Assembly: GCA_023334545.1 (NCBI GenBank) | Contig: JAADVB010000026.1 | Span: forward strand, 1 to 64,000 | DNA length: 64,000 nt | Reading direction: 5' to 3' | DNA from: Salisapilia sapeloensis CBS 127946 | Taxonomy: Eukaryota; Protista; Oomycota | Shown: positions 35,319 to 46,175 of the stretch, piece after piece | Layout: the number at the start of each line of letters is the position of its first letter | Numbering within the stretch: position 1 is the first letter of the stretch | Program-made: the position numbers and the translations under genes | Notes under the pieces: generated by a model | Told to the model about the DNA's origin: nothing | The model's database searches: none | Seen by the model: only the letters and a program-made list of their open reading frames with translations

Positions 35319-37007
35319 CTATTCCAACTGGATTTTTGGAAAAGCAACAAACGGTGTCTTGTGGTCGATTTGATCCGTCATGATACCAGGTTGGTCTAAG
35401 TACAGCTTCGCGTGGTTGACGGTCCTTGAGCCTGCTGGGGTACCGATGCGATCAAGAATACGTGACGCAGACGAAGGAATGGCAGGTTGGAGCAAAATAG
35501 TACACACTCGAACGGCATCAATGGATGTGTAAAGAACGGTGTCTAGACGCTCTTTCGTGACTCGATACTCGTCTGAATCCTTCTCCAATTGCTTTAACTT
35601 TTTGTTCAGTACCCAAGGAGCATTCGTCGTGAAGTAGCCATTGACATCATACAAGAAGCGAACGATCGCTTGGAGTCCGTTGTGGAAATCTGGGACCTCA
35701 AAGCACCGTTCGACCTCGACTAATAGATCCTCGGCCTTTCGCTTTAAACTCTCTTCTTCATCTCCTAACACGGCAGGAAGTGCTGGCATCCGGCCGTCTT
35801 GTAAAAATGCTTTTCCAGTACTTCTAGACAGTAAGTTTCCAAGCGTGTCAGCGAGTTCACTATTCACCCGAGTTTCCAGTAACTTGGCATTAAAGTCACC
35901 ATCGTTACTTAGTACACTATCACGCAAGAGGAAGAAACGCACGGGGTCTGGACCGTATAACTTTAGCAAGTCTAACGGATTGACAACGTTGCCCAGACTC
36001 TTAGACATCTTCACGTTGTCCACTGTCCAGTGGGAATGGGCGACAATACGTTTCGGTAGTGGTAATCCGGCGGCCATGAGGAAGGCAGGCCAGTAGATCG
36101 CGTGAAATTTCAAAATGTCCTTGCCGACGATGTGGTAGTCGGCTGGCCATGCGTCTACTTGACCAGGATATCCAGCGCACGTGAGGTAGTTTGTAAGCGC
36201 ATCGAGCCATACGTAGACACAATGACTGTCGTCATCAGGGACATCGATCGCCCATTGAATTTTCGACCGCAAGCGAGAGACAGAGATGTCCCGAAGACCT
36301 GCTTCGACAGTCGCACGCACTTCATTATGTCTACTGGGTGGTACGACCGCATCCGGATTGGCATCCAACCATTCGAGCAATTGGTCTTGGAAAGCAGACA
36401 ATTTGAACTTATAGTTTTCTTCACGTAGCTTTTCAACTCGATGACCACTCTCTTTCGATATCTTGTACTCTCCGTCAGCAGAATCTTCAACCTGCAAGTC
36501 CGTCAGGAATGATTCATCCGATTTACAGTACCACGACTCGTGTTCGCCCAAGTAGATGTATCCATTATCTCGGATCGTACGCCACAATACTTCTACTGCC
36601 TTGTGATGATCGGGTTCACTCGTACGAATGTAGCGCGAGTACTGGACATCACACTGGTCAAACGTCGATTGAAAGCGAGCCGAGATGCTATCACAAAAGC
36701 TCTTATAATCAGTTGTACCACTAGCTTCCGCTGCTTCCTGTACTTTCAATCCGTGCTCATCCGTGCCAGTAGTAAATCGAACAGACTTATTCTTCAATTG
36801 AAACCACCTTGTCATGGCATCCGTCAGCACTGCTGAATGGACATGACCAATATGTGGCTCTGCATTCACGTAGAAAATAGGTGTCGTCAATAGCATTGGT
36901 TTTGCATCATCTTTGCCATCATTCGCAGTCGTAGCAAATGGTCGATGGATACTAGAGTATCGCTTCGATAAGCAAGTAGGCCGCAAGCCACTTGACCTCC
37001 GCCACAT
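35319..37007 (-). CDS. MARS2: Methionyl-tRNA synthetase, mitochondrial type
   Basis: TPIFYVNAEPHIGH (HIGH motif), TGTDEHGLK, YVWLDALTNY, KMSKSLGN; Arg/Ser-rich N-terminus. Confidence 0.95.
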   Translation of the reverse strand: MWRRSSGLRPTCLSKRYSSIHRPFATTANDGKDDAKPMLLTTPIFYVNAEPHIGHVHSAVLTDAMTRWFQLKNKSVRFTTGTDEHGLKVQEAAEASGTTDYKSFCDSISARFQSTFDQCDVQYSRYIRTSEPDHHKAVEVLWRTIRDNGYIYLGEHESWYCKSDESFLTDLQVEDSADGEYKISKESGHRVEKLREENYKFKLSAFQDQLLEWLDANPDAVVPPSRHNEVRATVEAGLRDISVSRLRSKIQWAIDVPDDDSHCVYVWLDALTNYLTCAGYPGQVDAWPADYHIVGKDILKFHAIYWPAFLMAAGLPLPKRIVAHSHWTVDNVKMSKSLGNVVNPLDLLKLYGPDPVRFFLLRDSVLSNDGDFNAKLLETRVNSELADTLGNLLSRSTGKAFLQDGRMPALPAVLGDEEESLKRKAEDLLVEVERCFEVPDFHNGLQAIVRFLYDVNGYFTTNAPWVLNKKLKQLEKDSDEYRVTKERLDTVLYTSIDAVRVCTILLQPAIPSSASRILDRIGTPAGSRTVNHAKLYLDQPGIMTDQIDHKTPFVAFPKIQLE

Positions 37008-37111
37008 CTTGCGTTAGAGGTTCAGGAATTGGTGTGTGATTATCGTATGTGCTAAACTATGCATACGTATAAATAGCGTCCGATCCCAGGTCGACACGTC
37101 ACCAAAAAGCG

Positions 37112-39226
37112 ATGTTAAGGGTCGGAACGCGGCGTATCCGAGCTGCTTGTGCGCCTCTTGCGACTCATCGGAAGCAACTAGCTACTGCAACTTCTAACTA
37201 TTGGTCCAGTGGATCTGAGAATGACCGATCGACTATCTCAAAGGCTCTATTATTCGCACTAGGGGCGACGGGAGCTGGAGCGATTCTATTTGGTGATCAT
37301 GAAGCTGACAATTGCGGCATTGTGGGCGTCGTGAGCAAGAATGATACGGCTTCTGACTTTCTACTGGAAGGATTGACCATCCTGCAGAATCGAGGGTATG
37401 ATTCAGCCGGTATGTCGACGCAAAAGTTCGATCCAGAGACTCCGAACGAGCCGGCACCCATCACGACGACCAAGTTCGCGTCCGTTCGTAACACTGCTGA
37501 CTCTATCCTCTTATTGAAAGAGACTCGAGGCAAGCATGATGGCAATAACGTCGGTATTGCCCACACACGATGGGCGACGCATGGTGCCAAAACCAACCAG
37601 AATTCGCATCCGCACGTAGACTCTCACAATCGCGTCTCGCTCGTACACAATGGAACGTTGACAAACTACTACGAAATCAAGCAGGAGCTCATGGAAGAAG
37701 GAATCAAGTTCTCCACGGAAACGGATACGGAAGTTGCAGCGCAACTGATTGGACATTTCATGGGCGAAGGTGCCGATCTAGTGACAGCCACTCGTCTCGC
37801 GCTTAGTAAGCTCGAAGGTACATGGGGCATCTGTGTCATGTCGAGAGACGATCCTGGCAAGATCGTCATCGCGCGAAACGGGTCGCCGATCTGCATTGGC
37901 TACGGTAGCGATGAAATGTACGTAGCGTCCGAAACGACAGCATTCAGTCGATACACCAAGCGCTTTATCTCGCTACAAGATGGAGAGATTGCCGTCCTAT
38001 CTTCTGAGTCCGCTGAAGTCAATCCTCCTCATGACGACAAAGGATTGCTGCAAAACTTCCCGACAAGTCGATTCGCCATTGCCCCAGACGTGAAAGTTCG
38101 AACGACACCTGCACCGTATCCCCACTGGACGATACGCGAGATCATGGAACAACCGAAAGCTGTCGCTTCTGCCCTCGGCTATGGTGGACGTGTATCTGAT
38201 GATCACGTCTACCTCGGAGGTCTCGAAGCCGATAAAGACCGCATACTACAGATAAAGCACTTGCTCATCTCTGCCTGTGGAACCTCCCTCTATGCCAGTA
38301 AATACGGCGCGAAGCTCATGCGTTCATTGAACTCGTTTGATTCAGTCGCGACGGAAGATGCGTCCGAGTGCTCGAGCGATAGGTTCCCACGAAAAGATGG
38401 TGGTGTCCTCGTCGTGTCTCAATCAGGAGAAACCAAAGACGTCCATCGTGTGCTTAAGTCTGTCGAGGAACTGCCGCTTGAGATCCCGACATTTTCCGTC
38501 GTGAACAACGTCGGATCGCTCATTGCACGCACGACCAAGTGCGGCGTCTACTTGAATGCCGGACGTGAAATGGCTGTGGCGAGCACCAAGGCATTCGTGA
38601 CGCAGGTAGCTGTCATGGGTCTCATTGCCTCCTGGTTCTCACAAAACCGAGCGGATGGTAATCGAGGCAAGCGTGAGGAGCTCATCCAATGCATGCACCG
38701 TCTTCCGATCGCCATTGGCATGGCTCTACGCACACGCGACCAATGTGCCTCTATCGCGGATCACCTACTCGGTGCAGAGCACTTGTTCGTGCTCGGTCGT
38801 GGCTACGGAGAACCCATTGCATATGAAGGTGCGCTAAAGATCAAGGAGATTACGTACTTGCATGCAGAGGGTTATCCTGGTGGAGCTCTCAAGCATGGTC
38901 CGTTTGCATTGATTGAAGGGGAGAAAGATGGCAAGTTTGGTGCGACGCCCATCATTCTCATCGTTCTAGACGATGAGCATGCCAACTTCATGAAAACGGC
39001 AGCGGAAGCTGTACGTGCGCGAGGTGCATACACGATCGTTATCACTGATAATCCAGAGATGTGTGAGAGCATTGCTGACACGGTCGTGCCTATCCCGACG
39101 AATGGACCGATGACAGCGTTGCTCGCATCAATTCCGTTGCAACTGATTGCGTACGAACTGGCAGTACGTCGAGGCGTGAACCCAGATGTGCCACGTAACT
39201 TGGCCAAGTCCGTGACAGTCGATTAG
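37112..39226 (+). CDS. GFA1: Glutamine:fructose-6-phosphate amidotransferase (GFAT/GlmS) with 67-aa N-terminal extension
   Basis: CGIVG, RGYDSAG, GIAHTRWATHG, HNG, SQSGET, VASTKAF, EGALKIKE, LKHGP, C-terminal PRNLAKSVTVD. Confidence 0.96.
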   Translation: MLRVGTRRIRAACAPLATHRKQLATATSNYWSSGSENDRSTISKALLFALGATGAGAILFGDHEADNCGIVGVVSKNDTASDFLLEGLTILQNRGYDSAGMSTQKFDPETPNEPAPITTTKFASVRNTADSILLLKETRGKHDGNNVGIAHTRWATHGAKTNQNSHPHVDSHNRVSLVHNGTLTNYYEIKQELMEEGIKFSTETDTEVAAQLIGHFMGEGADLVTATRLALSKLEGTWGICVMSRDDPGKIVIARNGSPICIGYGSDEMYVASETTAFSRYTKRFISLQDGEIAVLSSESAEVNPPHDDKGLLQNFPTSRFAIAPDVKVRTTPAPYPHWTIREIMEQPKAVASALGYGGRVSDDHVYLGGLEADKDRILQIKHLLISACGTSLYASKYGAKLMRSLNSFDSVATEDASECSSDRFPRKDGGVLVVSQSGETKDVHRVLKSVEELPLEIPTFSVVNNVGSLIARTTKCGVYLNAGREMAVASTKAFVTQVAVMGLIASWFSQNRADGNRGKREELIQCMHRLPIAIGMALRTRDQCASIADHLLGAEHLFVLGRGYGEPIAYEGALKIKEITYLHAEGYPGGALKHGPFALIEGEKDGKFGATPIILIVLDDEHANFMKTAAEAVRARGAYTIVITDNPEMCESIADTVVPIPTNGPMTALLASIPLQLIAYELAVRRGVNPDVPRNLAKSVTVD

Positions 39227-39297
39227 CATCTTTGAGTAAGTAAACAAGCTCCATACAAAGTACTTTTTTCTCTCTACACCCATCTCTTTTATCCTTG

Positions 39298-40808
39298 CTA
39301 GTTCTTCTTTAGATTGATCATCTTGGAAGGACCTATGGGAATTACTTGTAGCATCGTTCGATTCTGAATGCCTGCATTTGCAAGTGTTTCGTCCAAGTGA
39401 CGTAGACGCTTTCCATGCGGAAAGAAAAGGTCGAAGCTATTGGTACTGGTAAATCGTCTTTGCCTACGTAGCAAGACAGACTTGAGGTGGCCAACTGTCT
39501 TGGAAGTGTGGACTTGAATAGTAATCAGCATGCCTCCAGGCAGTCGAAAGCTTACTGCTATAAAGACCCCTTTGTCGTCTAGATCTAATTCACTTTTCCT
39601 TTCACTTACGAGGTGAAACACATCGTCTACTTCTTGACCTTGCTGTAGTATTTGCGTGGAAGACGGAGAGTTGGTCGACACCGATGTGGTTACTTCATCT
39701 TTGCTATCGTCTACGTTTCCATCAAGATCTTCGTCTTGAGCAACATACCTGAGGAGACCACAGCGCTTTGCAAGTTGAGTAATGCGTCGCTTTCCACTTG
39801 GCTGGCATTTAACCCAGTCCAAAGCATCAAATTCGTCTTTAGCATTTTTGCTCTTACCTCGTTCTTTCGATAGCATCGGCAAGGAGGAAGAGCGATCTAA
39901 CTTTGCTCCCTCTTTATTTCCCTCTAGTTGATGCTTATACGTAGCAATGGCACTCTCGACCTTCTTTTTCTGCTGAAAGTATGCATCAGATCCGTTCCAT
40001 GCATCTGAAACTGCGTTAGACGGCAGCTTATAGCCAGGATTCCAGACAATGTTGCGCTTCGCATTCGACTTTCCAAACAATGCCGTCGTAGATTCTTCTT
40101 CCCGGTTGTGATAACTTGATTGAGCATCCCACAATCTTGGGATGCCGAGCTTTACGTCATCCGTGTATTCACTAGGTTTAGCCATATCCATTACTCGTTC
40201 AGCTTTCGGAAATCGGTAGCTTTGGACACTGCTTAAAATCACGTGGTAACTTGGATTCTGTTCACCTCGTGTACCTTCGCACTCTTGTTCTACTTGAAAT
40301 CGATCTTTTCGCGATCCAAATGGAAACTTCCTGCCTTTGCGAGTAGATGATGTCGGCGCCGAAAGCTCTACCGTTGTCATACCTCTTGGTTTTGTCCCCT
40401 TTAGCATACGCTTCGCTTTGGTGATACGCTTGGAACCTGATGAAGGATCGCGTGGTTTCGAACGAAAGCAGGCCGACTCTTGTAAATTCTTATCCAAAGC
40501 CCACGGATCTCTCAAATCGTACGCTCCTGGACCAGGTTCGTTCTACGTATATGATAATAAAAAGCTTCATCACAAACAACATTGACGTGCATCCTTACCT
40601 CACTTTCATCTTTCGAACCACGGCGTAGTGTACTCTCAAGTGCATAAGAAGGTGGTACATGAAGTTTTTTGGCCAACTTGTCTACATCCACGTCCACTTT
40701 TTGTGACTCTAGCTTCACAAGCAATCGAAAGATGTCGGACGACAGTACTGGCTGATGTCCGAGTACCTCCTCGACTGGATGATACATGCATCGTGTATTC
40801 ACCATCAT
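39298..40808 (-). CDS. Hypothetical protein with a PGPGAY (STPG/SHIPPO-like) motif and C-terminal ubiquitin-like domain, 2 exons
   Basis: Intron GTAAGG...CGTAG at about 40597-40543 joins SKDESE|NEPGPGAYDLRDPW. C-terminal FRLPGGMLITIQV..KTVGHLK..TLANAGIQNRTMLQVI is UBL-like. Start could be 40808 or 40787. Confidence 0.65.
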
Positions 40809-40908
40809 CCAACGCAAACTCTTGGCGTCGAACAAAATTCAAAAGTTATATTTAGATTCAGAACGTAGCTTGAAAAGTCGAATCGATGCAAGAGAGAAAG
40901 ATGGTTTA

Positions 40909-43200
40909 CTAGTGCGAACCACGTCCAGCCAAGGGCGACGACAAGAGGACATTCAGAATGCGTTCAGCCGTCGGCCTCAAGTGCGGATCAAATTGCAGAC
41001 ACTCGTGCGTCAAACGACGAATGACTTCCGGGCATGAGTCACTTACCTTGGGCTTCAACTTACCCAGCGCCACTTTCTGCACAATCGTCGATTCCTCCAA
41101 TTGCAAATCGGCAAACGGGATCCTGTGCGTATCAAGTTCCGTTAGCAGCACGCCGAACGAGTACACATCCGCGCTTTCGCTGTACATCTCTCCAAGAATG
41201 AGTTCCGGCGCGACCCAACGAGCAGTACCGACGTTGCCAGTCATCGTCTGATGCACCGTCCGCTGCCTGCTCTCTCCAAAGTCCGAGATCTTTGCACCTT
41301 TATGCGAGTCCACCAAGATGTTGCGTGATTTAATGTCACGATGGATAAGCGGTGGCTGGCGACTGTGAAGGTAGTACAGCGCCTCACTGATGTGGCAGCA
41401 GTACGCTCCTTTCGTGCCTTCCCACGGCAAGCGAGATCCAGACACTTCCCGCAGTACTGACAGCAAGTCGCCCGAGTCCATGTACTCGGTGACGATCTGC
41501 AGATCGCTCATGTCGTCCTTCCAACACGCTCCGTAGAGACCCATGACTCGACTGTGATGCAGACTCGAGAGTAGGTTCAACTCTCCGATAAATGCCTCCG
41601 TACTGCCTTCATCCGTAAGCAACAGCTTCTTCACTGCGACCATCTGCATGTCATACTGCGCCAGCCATACCTCTCCAAAAGATCCTTTCGCAATCACTCG
41701 TGTAAAGTTCAGGTCTTCCTCCGGGATACGCAGGACATCTGGATTGATCTCACCCTTCTCAAGCGGACGCAAGGCATTGTTCTGTCGCATCTGCGCTGGA
41801 TCGAGACCAGCGTACGTCGAGACGGCTGCGCTCGCAGCGGAAAGACCACGAGAGTTGCGGTTCTGGGGAGTCCCGACACTGCCTCTTCCACCTTGGAAGC
41901 CAGGAGACTTGCCATTGTTGGCAGAAGCACGTGGGACAGAGTGAAGTGGCTGCTCATTGTTACCTTTGTGTTGCGACTGCCGGTGTTCAAACGTCGTAGG
42001 TAAGGAATTCGACGTCGAGTTCGACGCATATGGTGACTGGGATGGCGTGTAGCCTGCTGTGGAGGATTTCTTACGACGGCAGAAGAAGAAGATGGCGCCG
42101 AAGACAGCTAGTACGACGACAGCCGCGACGACGACGAGTACGATGAGCAGATTATTGCTTCCACCATCGTCACCAGAGTCGCTGACACAAACGTAGGATT
42201 CACGAATCTTGCGTTCAGTTGTGTCGGACGGACAGGAACCGGATGCAGCTTGGACACCGAGTGTCGAATCACTACTTAAACCATTGAGCATTTCTGCTTG
42301 GTCGGACGTCACAGTGAGTGATGAGATGGAGTTCCCATCTAGATAGAGAGACTCGAGCAATGACATGTTAAGTATAGACGAAGGGAATTCTGTGAGAGAG
42401 TTCTCCCGCAGGTCTAGTGTCGTCAGCCCTGCGATGACAGTGTCAAACTTATCGAGAGCGTTGCCACTAAGATTGAGTGACGTAAGTTTTTGAAAGACTT
42501 TCGACTCGTCGGTATCGGACGGGACGGATGCAATGTCATTGTTCGAGAGATTCAGATTCCGGAGGTTGGATAGATCCGACAAGTTGATCGGATAATCTTT
42601 GATTTTACAATTGACGAGGAAGAGGGATGAGACACTAGTTGTAACGAAAGCGTCGGTCATGGCAGATAAGTCCAAATTAATGAGAGCTAGCTGCCCCAAG
42701 GTTTTTGCACTCTCGAAGACGTCACTATCGAAATCAACAGTCTTCACGGACCCTTTCTGGACGCCGATTCGACCAAAGCCTGTGATTTGTCTATATCGAC
42801 CGTGTTAATCTATCCATACACTTGACAAAGTAGATATAAATACATACATCCGCTCTACGTTTTCCGGGAAGGTGAAGCTATTAATGGTATCGATAGGTGC
42901 TGTGGCCCTGGCGTCACCATCCCGTGGTTCATTCACAAAGAGCATCCACTGGTACAATAAAATATTATACGGATTCACGCACTGGTACGTGCAAGTCGAG
43001 CCTTGCGTGTTACAATCGTCACCAGCAGCGTCATTACAAGAGGCGTCGGCGTCGCTCCCATACTGGATGCACGCAGAATCCTGAGAACAGTCATCACAAT
43101 CCGTGAGCACTACGGCCGATGTATCCGCACACCATTCTCCTGACCCACTCTCCTGTCCGTAGACACCAACAAGCAGGAGAAGACTCCACCACAATCGCAT
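40909..43200 (-). CDS. LRR receptor-like kinase (TKL group), 2 exons
   Basis: Signal peptide MRLWWSLLLLVGVYG; Cys-rich cap; LxxLNLSxN repeats; TM LLIVLVVVAAVVVLAVFGAIFFFC followed by RRKK; kinase GSFGEV, VAVK, HRDIKSRN, DFGESR, GTARWVAPE. Confidence 0.92.
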
Positions 43201-43387
43201 GAGACTGTACTTTAAGTATTCGGATCAAATTTATCAAATGACGCATAAAGTGTTTTGTACCAATCAGAAAACTCGCAGGTGTAATTTGAACCAATAAAAA
43301 TCCACCGTTTCGAACATGGATTTTCGCAACAGGTGCACCTACGTCGTCCTTTAGCACGCCAATACCGCCCTTGTCTTCCGAGCAAGC
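43201..43387. promoter_or_regulatory. Putative bidirectional promoter with paired CCAAT boxes
   Basis: 187-bp gap between divergent ATGs; CCAAT at 43260 and 43291. Confidence 0.4.
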
Positions 43388-44539
43388 ATGTCTCGACAAG
43401 ATCAAGTCACGTACTCTGGATGGGTCTTCAAAGAAGGTAGTCTTATCAAGAGTTGGAAGAAACGATTTCTTGTCGTGAAACACCGGGATCTGGCGTACTA
43501 TAAAAACACCGACGAAAGGAATCAGGCACAGATCTTGGGTGCACTCACGATTGAAAGCGTCGAGAAGCTTTCGGATATCACGAATGGCCTGCTTATCCAT
43601 GGTAGCAATGGACGAGACTTGAAGATCTTTACAGACACGAAAGCAGAGATGGAGAAATGCTATGCCGCCATCGCTCAGGACTGTCGCCATTCTTCCGGCG
43701 GAGTGTCCCACGCCCCTGCGACGCATATCCCACCTCCGCGTCGAGAATCAAGTGTCGATGGCTCCAAGGCCCTGCGTCGAGTCGGGTGGTTGGAAAAGGA
43801 AGGACAGAACTTTCATACTTGGAAGAAGCGATACTTTGTATTGGACAAGGACCAGATCTCGTACGCTGCGCAAGTGAATGGGGATGCGCTAGGTGAAGGA
43901 CGTGTCGTTGCCGTACGTCGAGACGGATCGAGGCCGTATACGTTGGAAATTACATTAGATTCAGGAAGACAGCTACGCGTTGGTGCCAAGACCGAGTTCG
44001 AAGCGGACGATTGGCTTAAAGCGATCCGTCGCGCTGCCGTGGAAAGCAGTAGATCGGAGTCTTCTGCACATGACAATCACGCTCGGACTTCCACGAGCTC
44101 TCGCAATGATCGACCACTATCTCCACTGCAAACGTCCCCACCAGCGTATACGTACGAAGACGACGATCCGAATGCCTTGTTCGGACCAGGCAAAGACGAA
44201 TCTTCCCAGTCGACAGCGACTACAGACGACGCTAACTTGCAGTCGGAAGACGCACAAACCGAGAGCAGTGACGATCCGACCAAGTTCTTCGGTCGACGAA
44301 TCGTCTTGGACGATACGAGCGGTGGGAACCAAACGTTCACGGAGGAGAAAGCATTTTCTCCCAAAGCTCCTGGTAAAGATACAATCCTTCAGATGCGTGA
44401 AGACGACCGTCTGTTGCTTCAAGAGCTCGAGGAAGAACGTCGAGAAGCCGAGCAAAGCCACTACGTTGTCGATCGATCTCAACTACCTGCTGCCCAGAGA
44501 GGGAACGCCACAGCCTGCGCTTGCTGCATTCTCATGTAG
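43388..44539 (+). CDS. Tandem-PH (2x) protein with C-terminal CaaX motif
   Basis: YSGWVFKEGSLIKSWKKRFLV and VGWLEKEGQNFHTWKKRYFVL; ends CACCILM*. Confidence 0.85.
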   Translation: MSRQDQVTYSGWVFKEGSLIKSWKKRFLVVKHRDLAYYKNTDERNQAQILGALTIESVEKLSDITNGLLIHGSNGRDLKIFTDTKAEMEKCYAAIAQDCRHSSGGVSHAPATHIPPPRRESSVDGSKALRRVGWLEKEGQNFHTWKKRYFVLDKDQISYAAQVNGDALGEGRVVAVRRDGSRPYTLEITLDSGRQLRVGAKTEFEADDWLKAIRRAAVESSRSESSAHDNHARTSTSSRNDRPLSPLQTSPPAYTYEDDDPNALFGPGKDESSQSTATTDDANLQSEDAQTESSDDPTKFFGRRIVLDDTSGGNQTFTEEKAFSPKAPGKDTILQMREDDRLLLQELEEERREAEQSHYVVDRSQLPAAQRGNATACACCILM

Positions 44540-44759
44540 ATATTCTCTCGTACAGTACTCTCTTTTCCTCCATCTTGATTTGTAGCTTGAAAGTGAATAG
44601 CACTTGTACTTGATCCGTCCTATCTCGTTACTCTCGTCCTCTTCGGGTGTCGGATGCCACCACGTACGTATTACATTCAAGCGACATGCACGTGGTGGAT
44701 TCTACCAGTATACCATACGACGTTCAAGTGAAGACCATCAATACCGCTCTAGCGCGACG

Positions 44760-45770
44760 ATGGCAAGCATGTACCAAGGCGACTACGCCGGGTGGGCTTT
44801 TAAGCAGGGAAGTCTTGTACGGAATTGGAAGAAACGATACATGGTCCTGTCTGGACGGCAGCTTACGTACTATGACACGGCCAACATTACGCCGGCCGTC
44901 CGTGCGAAAGGAAGCTTCCAAGTCATTACGGCTGAGTTAAGCACAGAAATTCAGAACGGGTTGCTCGTTCATGGACGTGGGGGACGAGTGCTCAAGCTGT
45001 ATACGAGCAGTGCAGATCAAACGAGTGCTTTGTACAATGCGATTTTGGACGCCACGACTGCCGCGGGCTCGAGTGCTATGGAACGTCGATCATCGATGGG
45101 GAACTTTCAGAAAAGTAGTAGCGTGCTCAGCTCCAGTGATGATGCAGAATTAATTGACAGACTCGATTCGTTGCCGCTGGAAGACAGTTTAGTCCAGCAC
45201 GAAGGATGGCTGATGAAGGAAGGCATGCGAGTCAAGACTTGGAAACGACGTTTCTTCATGTTACGAGGGAATGCACTATCCTACTTTGATTCACAAGGTA
45301 CAGGCGCTGCAGCAAAAGGCTATGGACACGTCCAACGCATTGAAGTCGCAGCAGCACGGCCGAGAGGCCTTGATATTCAATTCGACAGCGGGCGGATGTT
45401 GTACGTAACTGCAGAGACAGATCAGGATCTACAGGATTGGCTCATCAAGCTCAGTGAAGGTATTGAAAGCGCGCAGGCAGAAGACCAGAACATACGCGAG
45501 AGCGTCGCGGCGAGAAACACGTTCCGAGCGTCCTTACCGGCCTCTCTACAAGGCACACGACCTCCTCCGCAACGGCATTCCGTGCCGTACAAGGCAGATC
45601 GGAGAAGATCTCCGACGTCATCGTTCACGTCGTCGACAATGTCCCAGTCACGCACTACTAACGTCATTGAATCGGACAGTGACGAGTTTCTCTCCAGCGA
45701 CGATCGAAGTCTCAGTCGCAGTCCTAGTGACAGTGGTAGTGGCAGTGAGAGCGATGGTGACTGGATCTAA
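44760..45770 (+). CDS. Tandem-PH (2x) protein, paralog of the upstream gene
   Basis: YAGWAFKQGSLVRNWKKRYMVL and HEGWLMKEGMRVKTWKRRFFML; Ser/Asp-rich tail; likely ATG at 44760. Confidence 0.85.
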   Translation: MASMYQGDYAGWAFKQGSLVRNWKKRYMVLSGRQLTYYDTANITPAVRAKGSFQVITAELSTEIQNGLLVHGRGGRVLKLYTSSADQTSALYNAILDATTAAGSSAMERRSSMGNFQKSSSVLSSSDDAELIDRLDSLPLEDSLVQHEGWLMKEGMRVKTWKRRFFMLRGNALSYFDSQGTGAAAKGYGHVQRIEVAAARPRGLDIQFDSGRMLYVTAETDQDLQDWLIKLSEGIESAQAEDQNIRESVAARNTFRASLPASLQGTRPPPQRHSVPYKADRRRSPTSSFTSSTMSQSRTTNVIESDSDEFLSSDDRSLSRSPSDSGSGSESDGDWI

Positions 45771-46175
45771 GATGAGCTCTCTCACTACCGGCGACAGGAC
45801 AGTCCACAATGATCATATTTCGCCTACATCGTTTTGTTTTCTAAAAGATTTAAGCCACGACGGTTTTGCATCCACTTTGCATCTTCCCTTGCTTGTCTTT
45901 GACTACTAGAAAGACACGTACTTGTAGATTTGTCCAGGTCTATTCTTGAAAGCTTAGTCCTTGCTTGTAGCGTTTGGTAGAATCAGACGAAGAGGTAAGC
46001 TTCTGTTTCTACCTTCCGGTAGGCTATTAATATGCCGATCATATTCACGTTCTCTACTCTGTTCTCCAAAAATATACTTCGTTACATGTCAGTGGGCAAA
46101 GCAGTCGACTTAGCGTATCACTCTGAGCTTACTTGTCAATATCATCTCCATCGAAAAAGTGTTGTGAGAAGACGA

